This document shows positions 14,551 to 28,857 of a stretch of 64,000 nt of DNA, piece after piece. Made by a program: the position numbers and the translations under genes. This DNA is from Malacoraja senta. Its lineage: Eukaryota. Location of the stretch: positions 62,001 through 126,000 of the forward strand of contig JAXLNO010000396.1 of assembly GCA_038087875.1 (NCBI GenBank), written 5' to 3'. Each line of letters opens with the position of its first letter. The stretch's first letter is position 1. The notes under the pieces are model-generated. The model was not told where the DNA came from and searched no databases. It saw only the letters and a list, made by a program, of their open reading frames with translations.

Positions 14551-14781
14551 TTCATTTTCAAAGCAAACATTTTGCATTTTCAAAGCAAACCTTTGGCATT
14601 TGAAACTAATCCGCATTTTGCATTTCAAAACCAAACCACCATTTGCATTTTCACACCAAATCACGTTTTGCATTTTCAAAGGAACCCACTTTTTACATTT
14701 TCAAAGCAAACCTTTTGCATTTTCAAACCAAACCATGTTTTGCATTTACAAAGCAAACATCCATTTGCATTTTGAAACTAT

Positions 14782-14865
14782 CCCTAACCCTAACCCTAAG
14801 CCTAACCCTAACCCTAACCCTAACCCTAACCCTAACCCTAACACTAACCGAAACCCTAACCCTAA
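14782..14865 (-). repeat. Interstitial telomeric tract, class A
   Basis: (CCCTAA)n with a GCCTAA variant; flanks GAAACTAT and TGCATTATCAGAGC. Confidence 0.95.
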
Positions 14866-16019
14866 TGCATTATCAGAGCAAACCACCTTTTGCATTTTCA
14901 AAGCAAACCATTTTGCATTTTCAAAGCAAACCACATTTTGCCTTTTCAAAGCAAACCATCTTTTGCATTTTCAAAGGAAACCACTTTTTGCATTTTCAAA
15001 GCAAACCGTTTGCATTTTCAAAGCATAACTTTTGCATTTTCAAAACAAATCTCCTTTTTGATTATACAACCAAACCACCATTTGCCTTTTCAAACCAAAC
15101 CACCATTTGCATTTTCAAACCAAACCACCATTTTCATTTTCAAACCAAACCACCATTTTCATTTTCAAAGCAAACCACCTACATTTTCAAAGCAAACCTT
15201 TTCCATTTTCAAACAAAACCACGTTTTGCATTTCCAAACCAAACATCGATTTGCATTTTCAAACTAAACCACCTTTTGCATTTTCATAGCAAACCACTTT
15301 TTGCATTTTCAAATAAACCTTTTGAATTTTCAAAGCAAACCTTTTTCATTTTGAAACAAAACCTACATTTGCATTTTCAAACCAAACCTCCTTTTGCATT
15401 TTCAAAGCAAAACCTGCTTTTGCATTTTCAAACCAAACCTTTGCATGTTCAAAGCAAACATTTAGCATTGTCAAAGCAAATCTTTTGCATTTTTAAAGAA
15501 AATCCTTTGCATTTTCAAAGCAAACCAACATTTGCATTTTCAAAGCAAACAACCTTTTGCATTTACAAAGCAATCCGCCTTTTGCATTTTCAAAGCAATC
15601 CACCTTTTACAATTTCAAAGCAAACCACTTTTTGATTTTCAAACCAAACCTCCTTTTGCATTTTCAAAGCAAACGATCTTTCCATTTTCAAACCTAACCA
15701 CATTTTGCATTTCCAAACCACACCGCCATTTGCATTTTTAAACCAAACAACCATTTGCATTTTCAAACCTAACTATCTTTTTCATTTTGAAACCAAACCT
15801 ACATTTGCATTTTCAAACCAAACCTCCTTTTGCATTTTGAAAGCAAAACCTCCTTTTGCAGTTTCAAACCAAACCTTTGCATGTTCAAAGCAAACATTTA
15901 GCATTTTGCATTTTCATAGCAAACCACCTTTTGCATTTTCAAAGCAAACCTTTTGCATTTTCAAACCAAACCTTGTTTTGCATTTCCAAACCAAACATCC
16001 ATTTGCATTTTGAAACTAT

Positions 16020-16079
16020 CCCTAACCCTAACCCTAACCCTAACCCTAAACCTAACCCTAACCCAAACCCTAACCCTAA
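16020..16079 (-). repeat. Interstitial telomeric tract, class A
   Basis: (CCCTAA)n; flanks GAAACTAT and TGCATTATCAGAGC. Confidence 0.95.
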
Positions 16080-18215
16080 TGCATTATCAGAGCAAACCAC
16101 GTTTGCATTTTCAAAGCAAACCTATTTGCATTTTCAAAGCAAACCACATTTTGCATTTTCAAAGCAAACCACCTTTTGCATTTACAAAGCAATCCACCTT
16201 TTGCATTTTCAAAGCAAACAACCTTTTGCAATTTCAAAGCAAACCACCTTTTGCATTTTCAAAGGAAACCACTTTTTACATTTTCAAATCAAACCGTTTG
16301 CATTTTCAAAGCATAACTTTTGCATTTTCAAAACAAACACCCTTTTTGATTTTCAAACCAAACCACCATTTGCGTTTTCAAACCAAACCACCATTTGCAT
16401 TTTCAAACCCAACCACCATTTGCATTTTCAAACCAAACCACCATTTGCATTTTCAAAGCAAACCACCTGCATTTTCAAACCAAACCACGTTTTGCATTTC
16501 CAAACCAAACATCCATTTACATTTTCAAACTAAACCACCTTTTGCATTTTCATAGCAAACCACTTCTTGCATTTTCAAATAAACCTTTTGAATTTTCAAA
16601 GCAAACCTTTTGCATTTTCATACCAAGCATCCTTCTGCATTTTCAAACCAAACCACCATTTGCTTTTTCAAACATAACAACCAATTGCAATTTCAATCCA
16701 AACCGCCATTTGCATTTTCAAACCAATCCACCATTAGCATTATCAATCCAATCCTTTTGCGTTTTCAAACCAAACCACCATTTGCATTTTCAAACCAAAC
16801 CACCTGTAGCATTTACAAAGCAATCCTTTTGCATTTACAAAGCAAACCTTTTGCATTTTCAATGAAAATCTTTTGCATTTTCAAAGCAAACCAACATTTG
16901 CATTTTCAAAGCAAATCACCTTTTGCATTTTCAAAGCAAACCACCTTCTGCATTTTCAAAGCTAACCACCGTTTGCATTGTCAAAACAATCCACATTTTG
17001 TATTTCCAAAGAAAACCACCTTTTGCAATTTCAAAGGAAACCACCTTTTGCATTTTCAAAGGAAACCACCATTTGCATTTTTAAAGTAAACCATCATTTG
17101 CATTTTCAAAGCAAACCATTTGCATTTTCAATCCAAACCTTTTGCATTTTCAAAGAAAATCGTTTGCATTTTGAAAGCACACCTTTTGCATTTTCAAAGA
17201 AAACCTTTTGCATTTTCAAAGCAAACCACCTTTTGCATTTTCAAAGCAATCCAACTTTTGCATTTTCAAAGCAAACCACCTTTTGCATTTTCAAAGCAAA
17301 CCACCTATTGCATTTTCAAATCAAACCACCTTTTGCAATATCAAAGCAAACCACCTTTTGCATTTTCAAAGGAAACCACTTTTTAAATTTTCAAAGCAAA
17401 CCTTTTGCATTTTCAAACCAAACCACGTTTTGCATTTCCAAACCAAAATTGATTTGCATTTTCAAACTAAACCACCTTTTGCATTTTCATAGCAAACCAC
17501 TTTTTGCATTTTCAAATAAACCTTTTGAATTTTCAAAGCAAACCTTTTTCATTTTGAAACCAAACCTATATTTGCATTTTCAAACCAAACCTCCTTTTTC
17601 ATTTTCAAAGCAAAACCTCCTTTTGCATTTTCAAACCAAACTTTTGCATGTTCAAAGCAAACATTTAGCATTTTCAAAGCAAATCTTTTGCATTTTTAAA
17701 GAAAATCCTTTGCATTTTCAAAGCAAACCAACATTTGCATTTTCAAAGCAAACAACCTTTTGCATTTACAAAGCAATCCGCCTTTTGCATTTTCAAAGCA
17801 ATCCACCTTTTACAATTTCAAAGCAAACCACTTTTTGATTTTCAAACCAAACCTCCTTTTGCATTTTCAAAGCAAACGACCTTTTCCATTTTCAAACCTA
17901 ACCACATTTTGCATTTCCAAACCACTCCGCCATTTGCATTTTTAAACCAAACAACCATTTGCATTTTCAAACCTAACTATCTTTTTCATTTTGAAACCAA
18001 ACCTACATTTGCATTTTCAACCAAACCTCCTTTTGCATTTTCAAAGCAAAACCTCCTTTTGCATTTTCAAAACAAACCTTTGCATGTTCAAAGCAAACAT
18101 TTAGCATTTTCAAAGCAAATCTTTTGCATTTTCATAACAAACATCATTTTGCATTTTCATAGCAAACCACCTTTTGCATTTCCAAACCAAGCATCCATTT
18201 GCATTTTGAAACTAT

Positions 18216-18281
18216 CCCTAACCCTAACCCTAACCCTAACCCTAACCCTAACCCTAACACTAACCCAAACCCTAACCCTAA
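18216..18281 (-). repeat. Interstitial telomeric tract, class A
   Basis: (CCCTAA)n; flanks GAAACTAT and TGCATTATCATAGC. Confidence 0.95.
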
Positions 18282-20505
18282 TGCATTATCATAGCAAACC
18301 ACTTTTGCATTTTCAAAGCAAACCTATTTGCATTTTCAAAGCAAACCACATTTTGCATTTTCAAAGCAAACCACCTTTTGCAATTTCAAAGCAAGCCACC
18401 TTTTGCATTTTCAAAGGAAACCACTTTTTACATTTTCAAAGCAAACCGTTTGCATTTTCAAAGCATAACTTTTGCATTTTCAAAACAAAAACTCTTTTTT
18501 GATTTTCAAACCAAACCACCATTTGCGTTTTCAAACCAAACCACCATTTGCATTTTCAAACCAAACCACCATTTGCATTTTCAAACCAAACCACCATTTG
18601 CATTTCAAAGCAAACCACCTGCATTTTTAAAGCAAACCTTTTGCATTTTCAAACCAAACAACGTTTTGCATTTCCAAACCAAACATCCATTTGCATTTTC
18701 AAACTAAACCACCTCTCGCATTTTCATAGCAAACCACTTTTTGCATTTTCAAATATACCTTTTGAATTTTCAAAGCAAACCTTTTGCATTTTCATACCAA
18801 ACATCCTTCTGCATTTTCAAACCAAACCACCATTTGCTTTTTCAAACATAACAACCAATTGCAATTTCAATCCAAACCACCATTTGCATTTTCAAACCAA
18901 TCCACCATTAGCATTTACAAAGCAAACCTTGTGCATTATCAAAGCAAACCACCTATTGCATTTTGAAATCAAACCACCTTTTGCAATATCAAAGCAAAGC
19001 ACCTTTTGCATTTACAAAGGAAACCACTTTTTAAATTTTCAAAGCAAACCGTTTGCATTTTCAAAGCATAACTTTGCATTTTCAAACCAAACCTCTTTTT
19101 CCATTTTCAAACCAAACTACCATTTGCGTTTTCAAACCAAACCACCATTTGCATTTTCTACCCAAACCACCATTTGCATTTTCAAAGCAAACCACCTGCA
19201 TTTTCAAAGCAAACCTTTTGCATTTTCAAACCAAACCATGTTTTGCATTTCCAAACCAAACCTCCATTTGCATTTTCAAACTAAACCACCTTTTGCATTT
19301 TCATAGCAAACCACTTTTTTGCATTTTCAAATAAACCTTTTGAATTTTCAAAGCAAACCTTTTGCATTTTCAAACCAAACCTCCTTCTGCATTTTCAAAC
19401 CAAATCACCACTGCTTTTTCAAACATAACAATTAATTGCAATTTCAATCCAAACCACCATTTGCATTTTCAAACCAATCCACCATTAACATTTTCAATCC
19501 AATCCGTTTGCATTTTCAAACCAAACCACCATTTGCATTTTAAACCAAACCATCTGTAGCATTTACAAAGCAAACCTTTTGCATTTACAAAGCAAATCTT
19601 TTGCATTTTCAAAGAAAATCTTTTGCATTTTCAAAGCAAACAAACATTTGCATTTTCAAAGCAAGCCACCATTTGCATTTTGAAAGCAAATCACCTTTTG
19701 CATTTTCAAAGCAAACCACCTTCTGCATTTTCAAAGCAAACCACCTTTTGCATTGTCAAACCAATCACATTTTGTATTTTCAAAGCAAACCAACATTTGC
19801 AATTTCAAAGCAAACCACCTTTTGCATTTTCAAAGGAAACCACCATTTTCATTTTTTAAAGTAAACCATCATTTGCATTTTCAAAGCAAACAATTTGCAT
19901 TTTCAAACCAAATCTTTTGCATTTTCAAAGAAAATCTTTTGCATTTTGAAAGCAAACCTTTTGCATTTTCAAAGAAAACATTTTGCGTTTTCAAAGCAAA
20001 CCAAAATTTGCATTTTCAAAGGAAGCCACCATTTGCATTTTCAAAGCAAATCACATTTTGCATTTTCAAAGCACACCACCTGCTGCATTTTCAAAGCAAA
20101 CCACCTTTTGCATTTTCAAAGCAAACCTCCTTTTGCATTTTCAAATCAAACCATCTTATGCATTTTCGAAGCAAACCACCTTTTGCATTTTCAAAGGAAA
20201 CCACAATTTGCATTTTTAAAGTAAATCATCATTTGCATTTTCAAAGCAAACAATTTGCATTTTCAAACCAAATCTTTTGCATTTTCAAAGAAAATCGTTT
20301 GCATTTTGAAAGCAAACCTTTTGCATTTTCAAAGAAAACATTTTGCGTTTTCAAAGCAAACCAAAATTTGCATTTTCAAAGGATGCCACCATTTGCATTT
20401 TCAAAGCAAACCACCTTTTGCATTTTCAAAGCAAACCTCCTTTTGCATTTTCAAATCAAACCATCTTATGCATTTTCGAAGCAAACAACCTTTTGCATTT
20501 TCAAA

Positions 20506-20605
20506 CTAACCCTAATCCTAACCCTAACCATAACCCTAACCCTAACACTAACACTAACCCTAAACCTAACCTTAACCCTAACCCTAACCCTAACCCTAAC
20601 GCTAA
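20506..20605 (-). repeat. Interstitial telomeric tract, class B
   Basis: Starts CTAACCCTAATCCTAACCCTAACCATAA; 3' flank AGCATTATCATAGC. Confidence 0.95.
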
Positions 20606-20911
20606 AGCATTATCATAGCAAACCACTTTTTGCATTTTCAAAGCAAAACTTTTTGCATTTTCAAACCAAACCACCTTTTGCATTTCAAACCAAACCCCCA
20701 TTTGCATTTTCAAACCAAACCGCCATTTGCAATTTCAAACAAAACCACCATTTGCATTTTCAAACCAAACCACCATTTGCATTTTCAAACCAAACCACAA
20801 TTTGCATTTTCAAAACAACCCACCTTCTGCATTTTCAAAGCAAATCTTTTGCATTTTCAAACCAAACCACGTTTTGCATTTCCAAATCAAATATCCATTT
20901 GCATTTTCCAA

Positions 20912-21005
20912 CTAACACTAACCCTAACCCTAACCCTAACCCTAACCCTTACCCTAACCCTAACACTAACCCTAACCCTAACCTTAACCCTAACCCTAAC
21001 CCTAA
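20912..21005 (-). repeat. Interstitial telomeric tract, class C
   Basis: Starts CTAACACTAACCCTAA, contains CCCTTA and CCTTAA variants; 3' flank TGCATTATCATAGC. Confidence 0.95.
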
Positions 21006-23790
21006 TGCATTATCATAGCAAACCACTTGTTTGCATTTTCAAAGCAATCCTTTTTGCATTTTCAAAGCAAAACATCTTTTGCATTTACAAAGCAATCCAC
21101 CTTTTGCATTTTCAAAGCAAAACATCTTTTGAAATTTCAATGCAAACCACCTTTTGCATTTTCAAAGGAAACCAATTTTACATTTTCAAATAAACCACCA
21201 TTTGCGTTTTCATACCAAACCACCATTTGCATTTTCAAACCAATCCCGCATTTGCATTTTCAAAGGAAACCACCTGCATTTTCAAAACAATCCTTTTGCA
21301 TTTTCAAACCAAACCACGTTTTGCATTTCCAAACCAAACATCCATTTGCATTTTCAAACTAAACCACCTTTTGCAATTTCATAGCAAACCACTTTTTTGA
21401 ATTTTCAAAGTAAACCTTTTGCATTTTCAAAGCAAACCTTTTGCATTTTCATACCAAACCTCCTTTTGCATTTTCAAACCAAACCACCATTTGCTTTTTC
21501 AAACCTAACCACCAATTGCAATTTCAAACCAAACCACCATTTGCATTTTCAAACCAATCCACCATTAGCATTTTCAATCCAATCCATCTGCATTTTCAAA
21601 CCAAACCTCCATTTGCATTTTCAAACCAAACCACCATTTGCATTTTCAAACCGAACCACCATTAGCACATTCAATCCAATCCTTTTGCATTTTCAAACCA
21701 AACCACCATTTGCATTTTCAAACCAAACCACCTGTCGCATTTACAAATCTTTTGCATTTTCAAAGAAAATCTTTTGCATTGTCAAAGCAAACCAACATTT
21801 GCATTTTCAAAGCATGCCACCATTTGCATTTTCAAAGCAAATCACCTTTTCCATTTTCAAAGCAAACCACCTTCCGCATTTTCAATGCAAACCAGCTTTT
21901 GCATTTTCAAATCAAACCACCTTTTGCATTTTCAAAGCAAACCACCTTTTGCATTTTCAAAGCAATGCACTGTTTGAATTTTCAAAGCAATGCACCTTTT
22001 GCATTTTCAAAGCAAACCACCATTTGGATTTTCAAAGCAAACCATTTGCATTTTCAAACGAAACCTTTTGCATTTTCAAAGCAAACCTTTTGCATTTTCA
22101 AAGAAAACCTTTTGCATTTTCAAAGCAAACCACCATTTGCATTTCCAAAGCAAACCACTCTTTGCAATTTCAAACCAAACCACCATTTGCATTTTCAAAC
22201 CAATCCACCATTAGCATTTTCAATCCAATCCATCTGCATTTTCAAAGCAAACCACCTTTTGCATTTTCAAAGCAAACCACCTTTTTGCATTTTCAAAGTT
22301 AACTCATTTTTGCATTTTCAAAGCAAACAACATTTGCATTTTCAAAGCAAACATTTTGAATTTTCCAAGCAAACCTTTTGTATTTTCAAACCAAACCACG
22401 TTTTTGCATTTCCAAACCAAACCACGTTTTGCATATCCAAACCGAACAGGCATTTGCATTTTCAAACCAAACGACCTTTTACAGTTTCAAAGCAAACCAC
22501 TTTTTGCATTTGCAATGCAACCCTTTTGCATTTTCAAAGCAAACCTTTTTGCTTTCTCAAACCAAACCTCCTTTTGCATTTTCAAACTAAACCACCATTT
22601 GCTTTTTCAAACCAAACAAACATTTGCATTTTCAAACCAAACCACCATATGCATTTTCAAACCAATACACCATTAGCATTTTCAATCCAATCCGTTTGCA
22701 TTTTCAAACCAAACCACCATCTGCATTTTCAAACCAAACCACCATTTGCATTTTCAAACCAATCCACCATTAACATTTTCAATCCAATCCGTTTGCATTT
22801 TCAAACCAAACCACCATTTGCATTTTAAACCAAACCATCTGTAGCATTTACAAAGCAAACCTTTTGCATTTACAAAGCAAATCTTTTGCATTTTCAAAGA
22901 AAATCTTTTGCATTTTCAAAGCAAACAAACATTTGCATTTTCAAAGCAAGCCACCATTTGCATTTTGAAAGCAAATCACCTTTTGCATTTTCAAAGCAAA
23001 CCACCTTCTGCATTTTCAAAGCAAACCACCTTTTGCATTGTCAAACCAATCACATTTTGTATTTTCAAAGCAAACCACCATTTGCAATTTCAAAGCAAAC
23101 CACCTTTTGCATTTTCAAAGGAAACCACCATTTTCATTTTTTAAAGTAAACCATCATTTGCATTTTCAAAGCAAACAATTTGCATTTTCAAACCAAATCT
23201 TTTGCATTTTCAAAGAAAATCTTTTGCATTTTGAAAGCAAACCTTTTGCATTTTCAAAGAAAACATTTTGCGTTTTCAAAGCAAACCAAAATTTGCATTT
23301 TCAAAGGAAGCCACCATTTGCATTTTCAAAGCAAATCATATTTTGCATTTTCAAAGCACACCACCTGCTGCATTTTCAAAGCAAACCACCTTTTGCATTT
23401 TCAAAGCAAACCTCCTTTTGCATTTTCAAATCAAACCATCTGATGCATTTTCGAAGCAAACCACCTTTTGCATTTTCAAAGGAAACCACAATTTGCATTT
23501 TTAAAGTAAATCATCATTTGCATTTTCAAAGCAAACAATTTGCATTTTCAAACCAAATCTTTTGCATTTTCAAAGAAAATCGTTTGCATTTTGAAAGCAA
23601 ACCTTTTGCATTTTCAAAGAAAACATTTTGCGTTTTCAAAGCAAACCAAAATTTGCATTTTCAAAGGATGCCACCATTTGCATTTTCAAAGCAAACCACC
23701 TTTTGCATTTTCAAAGCAAACCTCCTTTTGCATTTTCAAATCAAACCATCTTATGCATTTTCGAAGCAAACAACCTTTTGCATTTTCAAA

Positions 23791-23890
23791 CTAACCCTAA
23801 TCCTAACCCTAACCATAACCCTAACCCTAACACTAACACTAACCCTAAACCTAACCTTAACCCTAACCCTAACCCTAACCCTAACGCTAA
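23791..23890 (-). repeat. Interstitial telomeric tract, class B (copy of 20506-20605)
   Basis: Same variant order at +3285. Confidence 0.95.
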
Positions 23891-24196
23891 AGCATTATCA
23901 TAGCAAACCACTTTTTGCATTTTCAAAGCAAAACTTTTTGCATTTTCAAACCAAACCACCTTTTGCATTTCAAACCAAACCCCCATTTGCATTTTCAAAC
24001 CAAACCGCCATTTGCAATTTCAAACAAAACCACCATTTGCATTTTCAAACCAAACCACCATTTGCATTTTCAAACCAAACCACAATTTGCATTTTCAAAA
24101 CAACCCACCTTTTGCATTTTCAAAGCAAATCTTTTGCATTTTCAAACCAAACCACGTTTTGCATTTCCAAATCAAATATCCATTTGCATTTTCCAA

Positions 24197-24290
24197 CTAA
24201 CACTAACCCTAACCCTAACCCTAACCCTAACCCTTACCCTAACCCTAACACTAACCCTAACCCTAACCTTAACCCTAACCCTAACCCTAA
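24197..24290 (-). repeat. Interstitial telomeric tract, class C (copy of 20912-21005)
   Basis: Same variant order at +3285. Confidence 0.95.
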
Positions 24291-24843
24291 TGCATTATCA
24301 TAGCAAACCACTTGTTTGCATTTTCAAAGCAATCCTTTTTGCATTTTCAAAGCAAAACATCTTTTGCATTTACAAAGCAATCCACCTTTTGCATTTTCAA
24401 AGCAAAACATCTTTTGAAATTTCAATGCAAACCACCTTTTGTATTTTCAAAGGAAACCAATTTTACATTTTCAAATAAACCACCATTTGCGTTTTCATAC
24501 CAAACCACCATTTGCATTTTCAAACCAATCCCGCATTTGCATTTTCAAAGGAAACCACCTGCATTTTCAAAGCAATCCTTTTGCATTTTCAAACCAAACC
24601 ACGTTTTGCATTTCCAAACCAAACATCCATTTGCATTTTCAAACTAAACCACCTTTTGCATTTTCATAGCAAACCACTTTTTTGAATTTTCAAAGTAAAC
24701 CTTTTGCATTTTCAAAGCAAACGTTTTGCATTTTCATACCAAACCTCCTTTTGCATTTTCAAACCAAACCACCATTTGCTTTTTCAAACCTAACCACCAA
24801 TTGCAATTTCAAACTAAACCACCATTTGCATTTTCAAACCAAT

Positions 24844-27800
24844 CCACCATTAGCATTTTCAATCCAATCCATCTGCATTTTCAAACCAAACTTCCATTTG
24901 CATTTTCAAACCAAACCACCATTTGCATTTTCAAACCGAACCACCATTAGCACATTCAATCCAATCCTTTTGCATTTTCAAACCAAACCACCATTTGCAT
25001 TTTCAAACCAAACCACCTGTCGCATTTACAAATCTTTTGCATTTTCAAAGAAAATCTTTTGCATTGTCAAAGCAAACCAACATTTGCATTTTCAAAGCAT
25101 GCCACCATTTGCATTTTCAAAGCAATTCACCTTTTCCATTTTCAAAGCAAACCACCTTCCGCATTTTCAATGCAAACGAGCTTTTGCATTTTCAAATCAA
25201 ACCACCTTTTGCATTTTCAAAGCAAACCACCTTTTGCATTTTCAAAGCAATGCACTGTTTGAATTTTCAAAGCAATGCACCTTTTGCATTTTCAAAGCAA
25301 ACCACCATTTGCATTTTCAAAGCAAACCATTTGCATTTTCAAACGAAACCTTTTGCATTTCCAAAGCAAACCTTTTGCATTTTCAAAGAAAACCTTTTGC
25401 ATTTTCAAAGCAAACCACCATTTGCATTTCCAAAGCAAACCACTCTTTGCAATTTCAAACCAAACCACCATTTGCATTTTCAAACCAATCCACCATTAGC
25501 ATTTTCAATCCAATCCATCTGCATTTTCAAAGCAAACCACCTTTTGCATTTTCAAAGCAAACCACCTTTTTGCATTTTCAAAGTTAACTCATTTTTGCAT
25601 TTTCAAAGCAAACAACATTTGCATTTTCAAAGCAAACATTTTGAATTTTCCAAGCAAACCTTTTGTATTTTCAAACCAAACCACGTTTTTGCATTTCCAA
25701 ACCAAACCACGTTTTGCATATCCAAACCGAACAGGCATTTGCATTTTCAAACCAAACGACCTTTTACAGTTTCAAAGCAAACCACTTTTTGCATTTGCAA
25801 TGCAACCCTTTTGCATTTTCAAAGCAAACCTTTTTGCTTTCTCAAACCAAACCTCCTTTTGCATTTTCAAACTAAACCACCATTTGCTTTTTCAAACCAA
25901 ACAAACATTTGCATTTTCAAACCAAACCACCATATGCATTTTCAAACCAATACACCATTAGCATTTTCAATCCAATCCGTTTGCATTTTCAAACCAAACC
26001 ACCATCTGCATTTTCAAACCAAACCACCATTTTTATTTTCAAAACAAACCACCATTAGCATTTTCAATCCAATCCATCTGCATTTTCAAACCAAACCTCC
26101 ATTTGCATTTTCAAGCCAAACCACCATTTGCATTTTCAAACCGAACCACCATTAGCATATTCAATCCAATCCTTTTGCATTTTCAAACCAAACCACCATT
26201 TGCATTTTCAAACCAAACCACCTGTCGCATTTACAAATCTTTTGCATTTTCAAAGAAAATCTTTTGCATTGTCAAAGCAAACCAACATTTGCATTTTCAA
26301 AGCATGCCACCATTTGCATTTTCAAAGCAAATCACCTTTTCCATTTTCAAAGCAAACCACCTTCCGCATTTTCAATGCAAACCAGCTTTTGCATTTTCAA
26401 ATCAAACCACCTTTTGCATTTTCAAAGCAAACCACCTTTTGCATTTTCAAAGCAATGCACTGTTTGAATTTTCAAAGCAATGCACCTTTTGCATTTTCAA
26501 AGCAAACCACCATTTGCATTTTCAAAGCAAACCATTTGCATTTTCAAACGAAACCTTTTGCATTTTCAAAGCAAACCTTTTGCATTTTCAAAGAAAACCT
26601 TTTGCATTTTCAAAGCAAACCACCATTTGCATTTCCAAAGCAAACCACTCTTTGCAATTTCAAACCAAACCACCATTTGCATTTTCAAACCAATCCACCA
26701 TTAGCATTTTCAATCCAATCCATCTGCATTTTCAAAGCAAACCACCTTTTGCATTTTCAAAGCAAACCACCTTTTTGCATTTTCAAAGTTAACTCATTTT
26801 TGCATTTTCAAAGCAAACAACATTTGCATTTTCAAAGCAAACATTTTGAATTTTCCAAGCAAACCTTTTGTATTTTCAAACCAAACCACGTTTTTGCATT
26901 TCCAAACCAAACCACGTTTTGCATATCCAAACCGAACAGGCATTTGCATTTTCAAACCAAACGACCTTTTACAGTTTCAAAGCAAACCACTTTTTGCATT
27001 TGCAATGCAACCCTTTTGCATTTTCAAAGCAAACCTTTTTGCTTTCTCAAACCAAACCTCCTTTTGCATTTTCAAACTAAACCACCATTTGCTTTTTCAA
27101 ACCAAACAAACATTTGCATTTTCAAACCAAACCACCATATGCATTTTCAAACCAATACACCATTAGCATTTTCAATCCAATCCGTTTGCATTTTCAAACC
27201 AAACCACCATCTGCATTTTCAAACCAAACCACCATTTTTATTTTCAAAACAAACCACCATTAGCATTTTCAATCCAATCCATCTGCATTTTCAAACCAAA
27301 CCTCCATTTGCATTTTCAAACCAAACCACCATTTGCATTTTCAAACCGAACCACCATTAGCATATTCAATCCAATCCTTTTGCATTTTCAAACCAAACCA
27401 CCATTTGCATTTTCAAACCAAACCACCTGTCGCATTTACAAATCTTTTGCATTTTCAAAGAAAATCTTTTGCATTGTCAAAGCAAACCAACATTTGCATT
27501 TTCAAAGCATGCCACCATTTGCATTTTCAAAGCAAATCACCTTTTCCATTTTCAAAGCAAACCACCTTCCGCATTTTCAATGCAAACCAGCTTTTGCATT
27601 TTCAAATCAAACCACCTTTTGCATTTTCAAAGCAAACCACCTTTTGCATTTTCAAAGCAATGCACTGTTTGAATTTTCAAAGCAATGCACCTTTTGCATT
27701 TTCAAAGCAAACCACCATTTGCATTTTCAAAGCAAACCATTTGCATTTTCAAACGAAACCTTTTGCATTTTCAAAGCAAACCTTTTGCATTTTCAAAGAA

Positions 27801-28344
27801 AACCTTTTGCATTTTCAAAGCAAACCACCATTTGCATTTCCAAAGCAAACCACTCTTTGCAATTTCAAACCAAACCACCATTTGCATTTTCAAACCAATC
27901 CACCATTAGCATTTTCAATCCAATCCATCTGCATTTTCAAAGCAAACCACCTTTTGCATTTTCAAACCAAACCACGTTTTTGCATTTCCAAACCAAACCA
28001 CGTTTTGCATATCCAAACCGAACAGGCATTTGCATTTTCAAACCAAACGACCTTTTACAGTTTCAAAGCAAACCACTTTTTGCATTTGCAATGCAACCCT
28101 TTTGCATTTTCAAAGCAAACCTTTTTGCTTTCTCAAACCAAACCTCCTTTTGCATTTTCAAACTAAACCACCATTTGCTTTTTCAAACCAAACAAACATT
28201 TGCATTTTCAAACCAAACCACCATATGCATTTTCAAACCAATACACCATTAGCATTTTCAATCCAATCCGTTTGCATTTTCAAACCAAACCACCATCTGC
28301 ATTTTCAAACCAAACCACCATTTGTATTTTCAAAACAAACCACC
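24844..28344 (+). repeat. Tandem triplication, 1205-bp period; third copy lacks ~119 bp
   Basis: ORF-track recurrences 24923/26128/27333 and 25059/26264/27469; the downstream offset falls from 1205 to 1086 in copy 3 (ORF ends 27080 vs 28166). Confidence 0.88.
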
Positions 28345-28857
28345 TTTAGCATTTACAAAGCAAACCTTTTGCATTTACAAAGCAAACCTTATGCATTTTC
28401 ATAGAAAATCTTTCGCATTTTCAAATCAAACCAACATTTGCATTAACAAAGCAAGCAACCATTTGCATTTTCAAAGCAAATCACCTTTTGCATTTTCAAA
28501 GCAAACCACCTTCTGCATTTTCAAAGCAAACCAGCTTTTGCATTTTCACAACAAACACGTTATGAATTTTCAAAGGAAACCACCTTTTGCATTTTCAAAG
28601 CAATCCAACTTTTGCATTTTCAAAGCAAACCACCTTTAACATTTTCAAAGCAAACCACTTTTGCATTTTCAAAGCAAACATTTTACAATTTCACACCAAA
28701 CCACGTTTTTGCATTTCCAAACCAAACCACATTTTGCATATCCAAATCAAACCACCATTTGCATTTTCGAACCAAACCTCCTTTTGCATTTTCAAACCAA
28801 TCCACCATTTTCATTATCAAACAAAACCACCATTTGCATTTTCAAAACAATCCATCA

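Larger units (their letters stand above)
10795..14552 (-). mobile_element. L1-clade non-LTR retrotransposon, 5'-truncated, defective
   Basis: Minus-strand ORF2 fragments carry APE endonuclease motifs (GGDFN at 14490-14504, SRIDY, SDHSP), RT motifs (PGPDG, YRAITLLNTDQKIL, QTGF, AEKAFD, QGCSLSP, LYADD, KYLG) and a C-terminal CxxC...H...C knuckle. The 3' UTR ends with AATAAA and an A-rich tail. Flanked by direct repeat CATTTTC (10788-10794 and 14553-14559). Confidence 0.95.
19449..26032 (+). repeat. Near-identical tandem duplication, 3285-bp period
   Basis: Near-identical ORF-track entries recur at +3285 (19601/22886, 20501/23786, 21397/24682, 22356/25641); only scattered substitutions seen. 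Confidence 0.9.
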
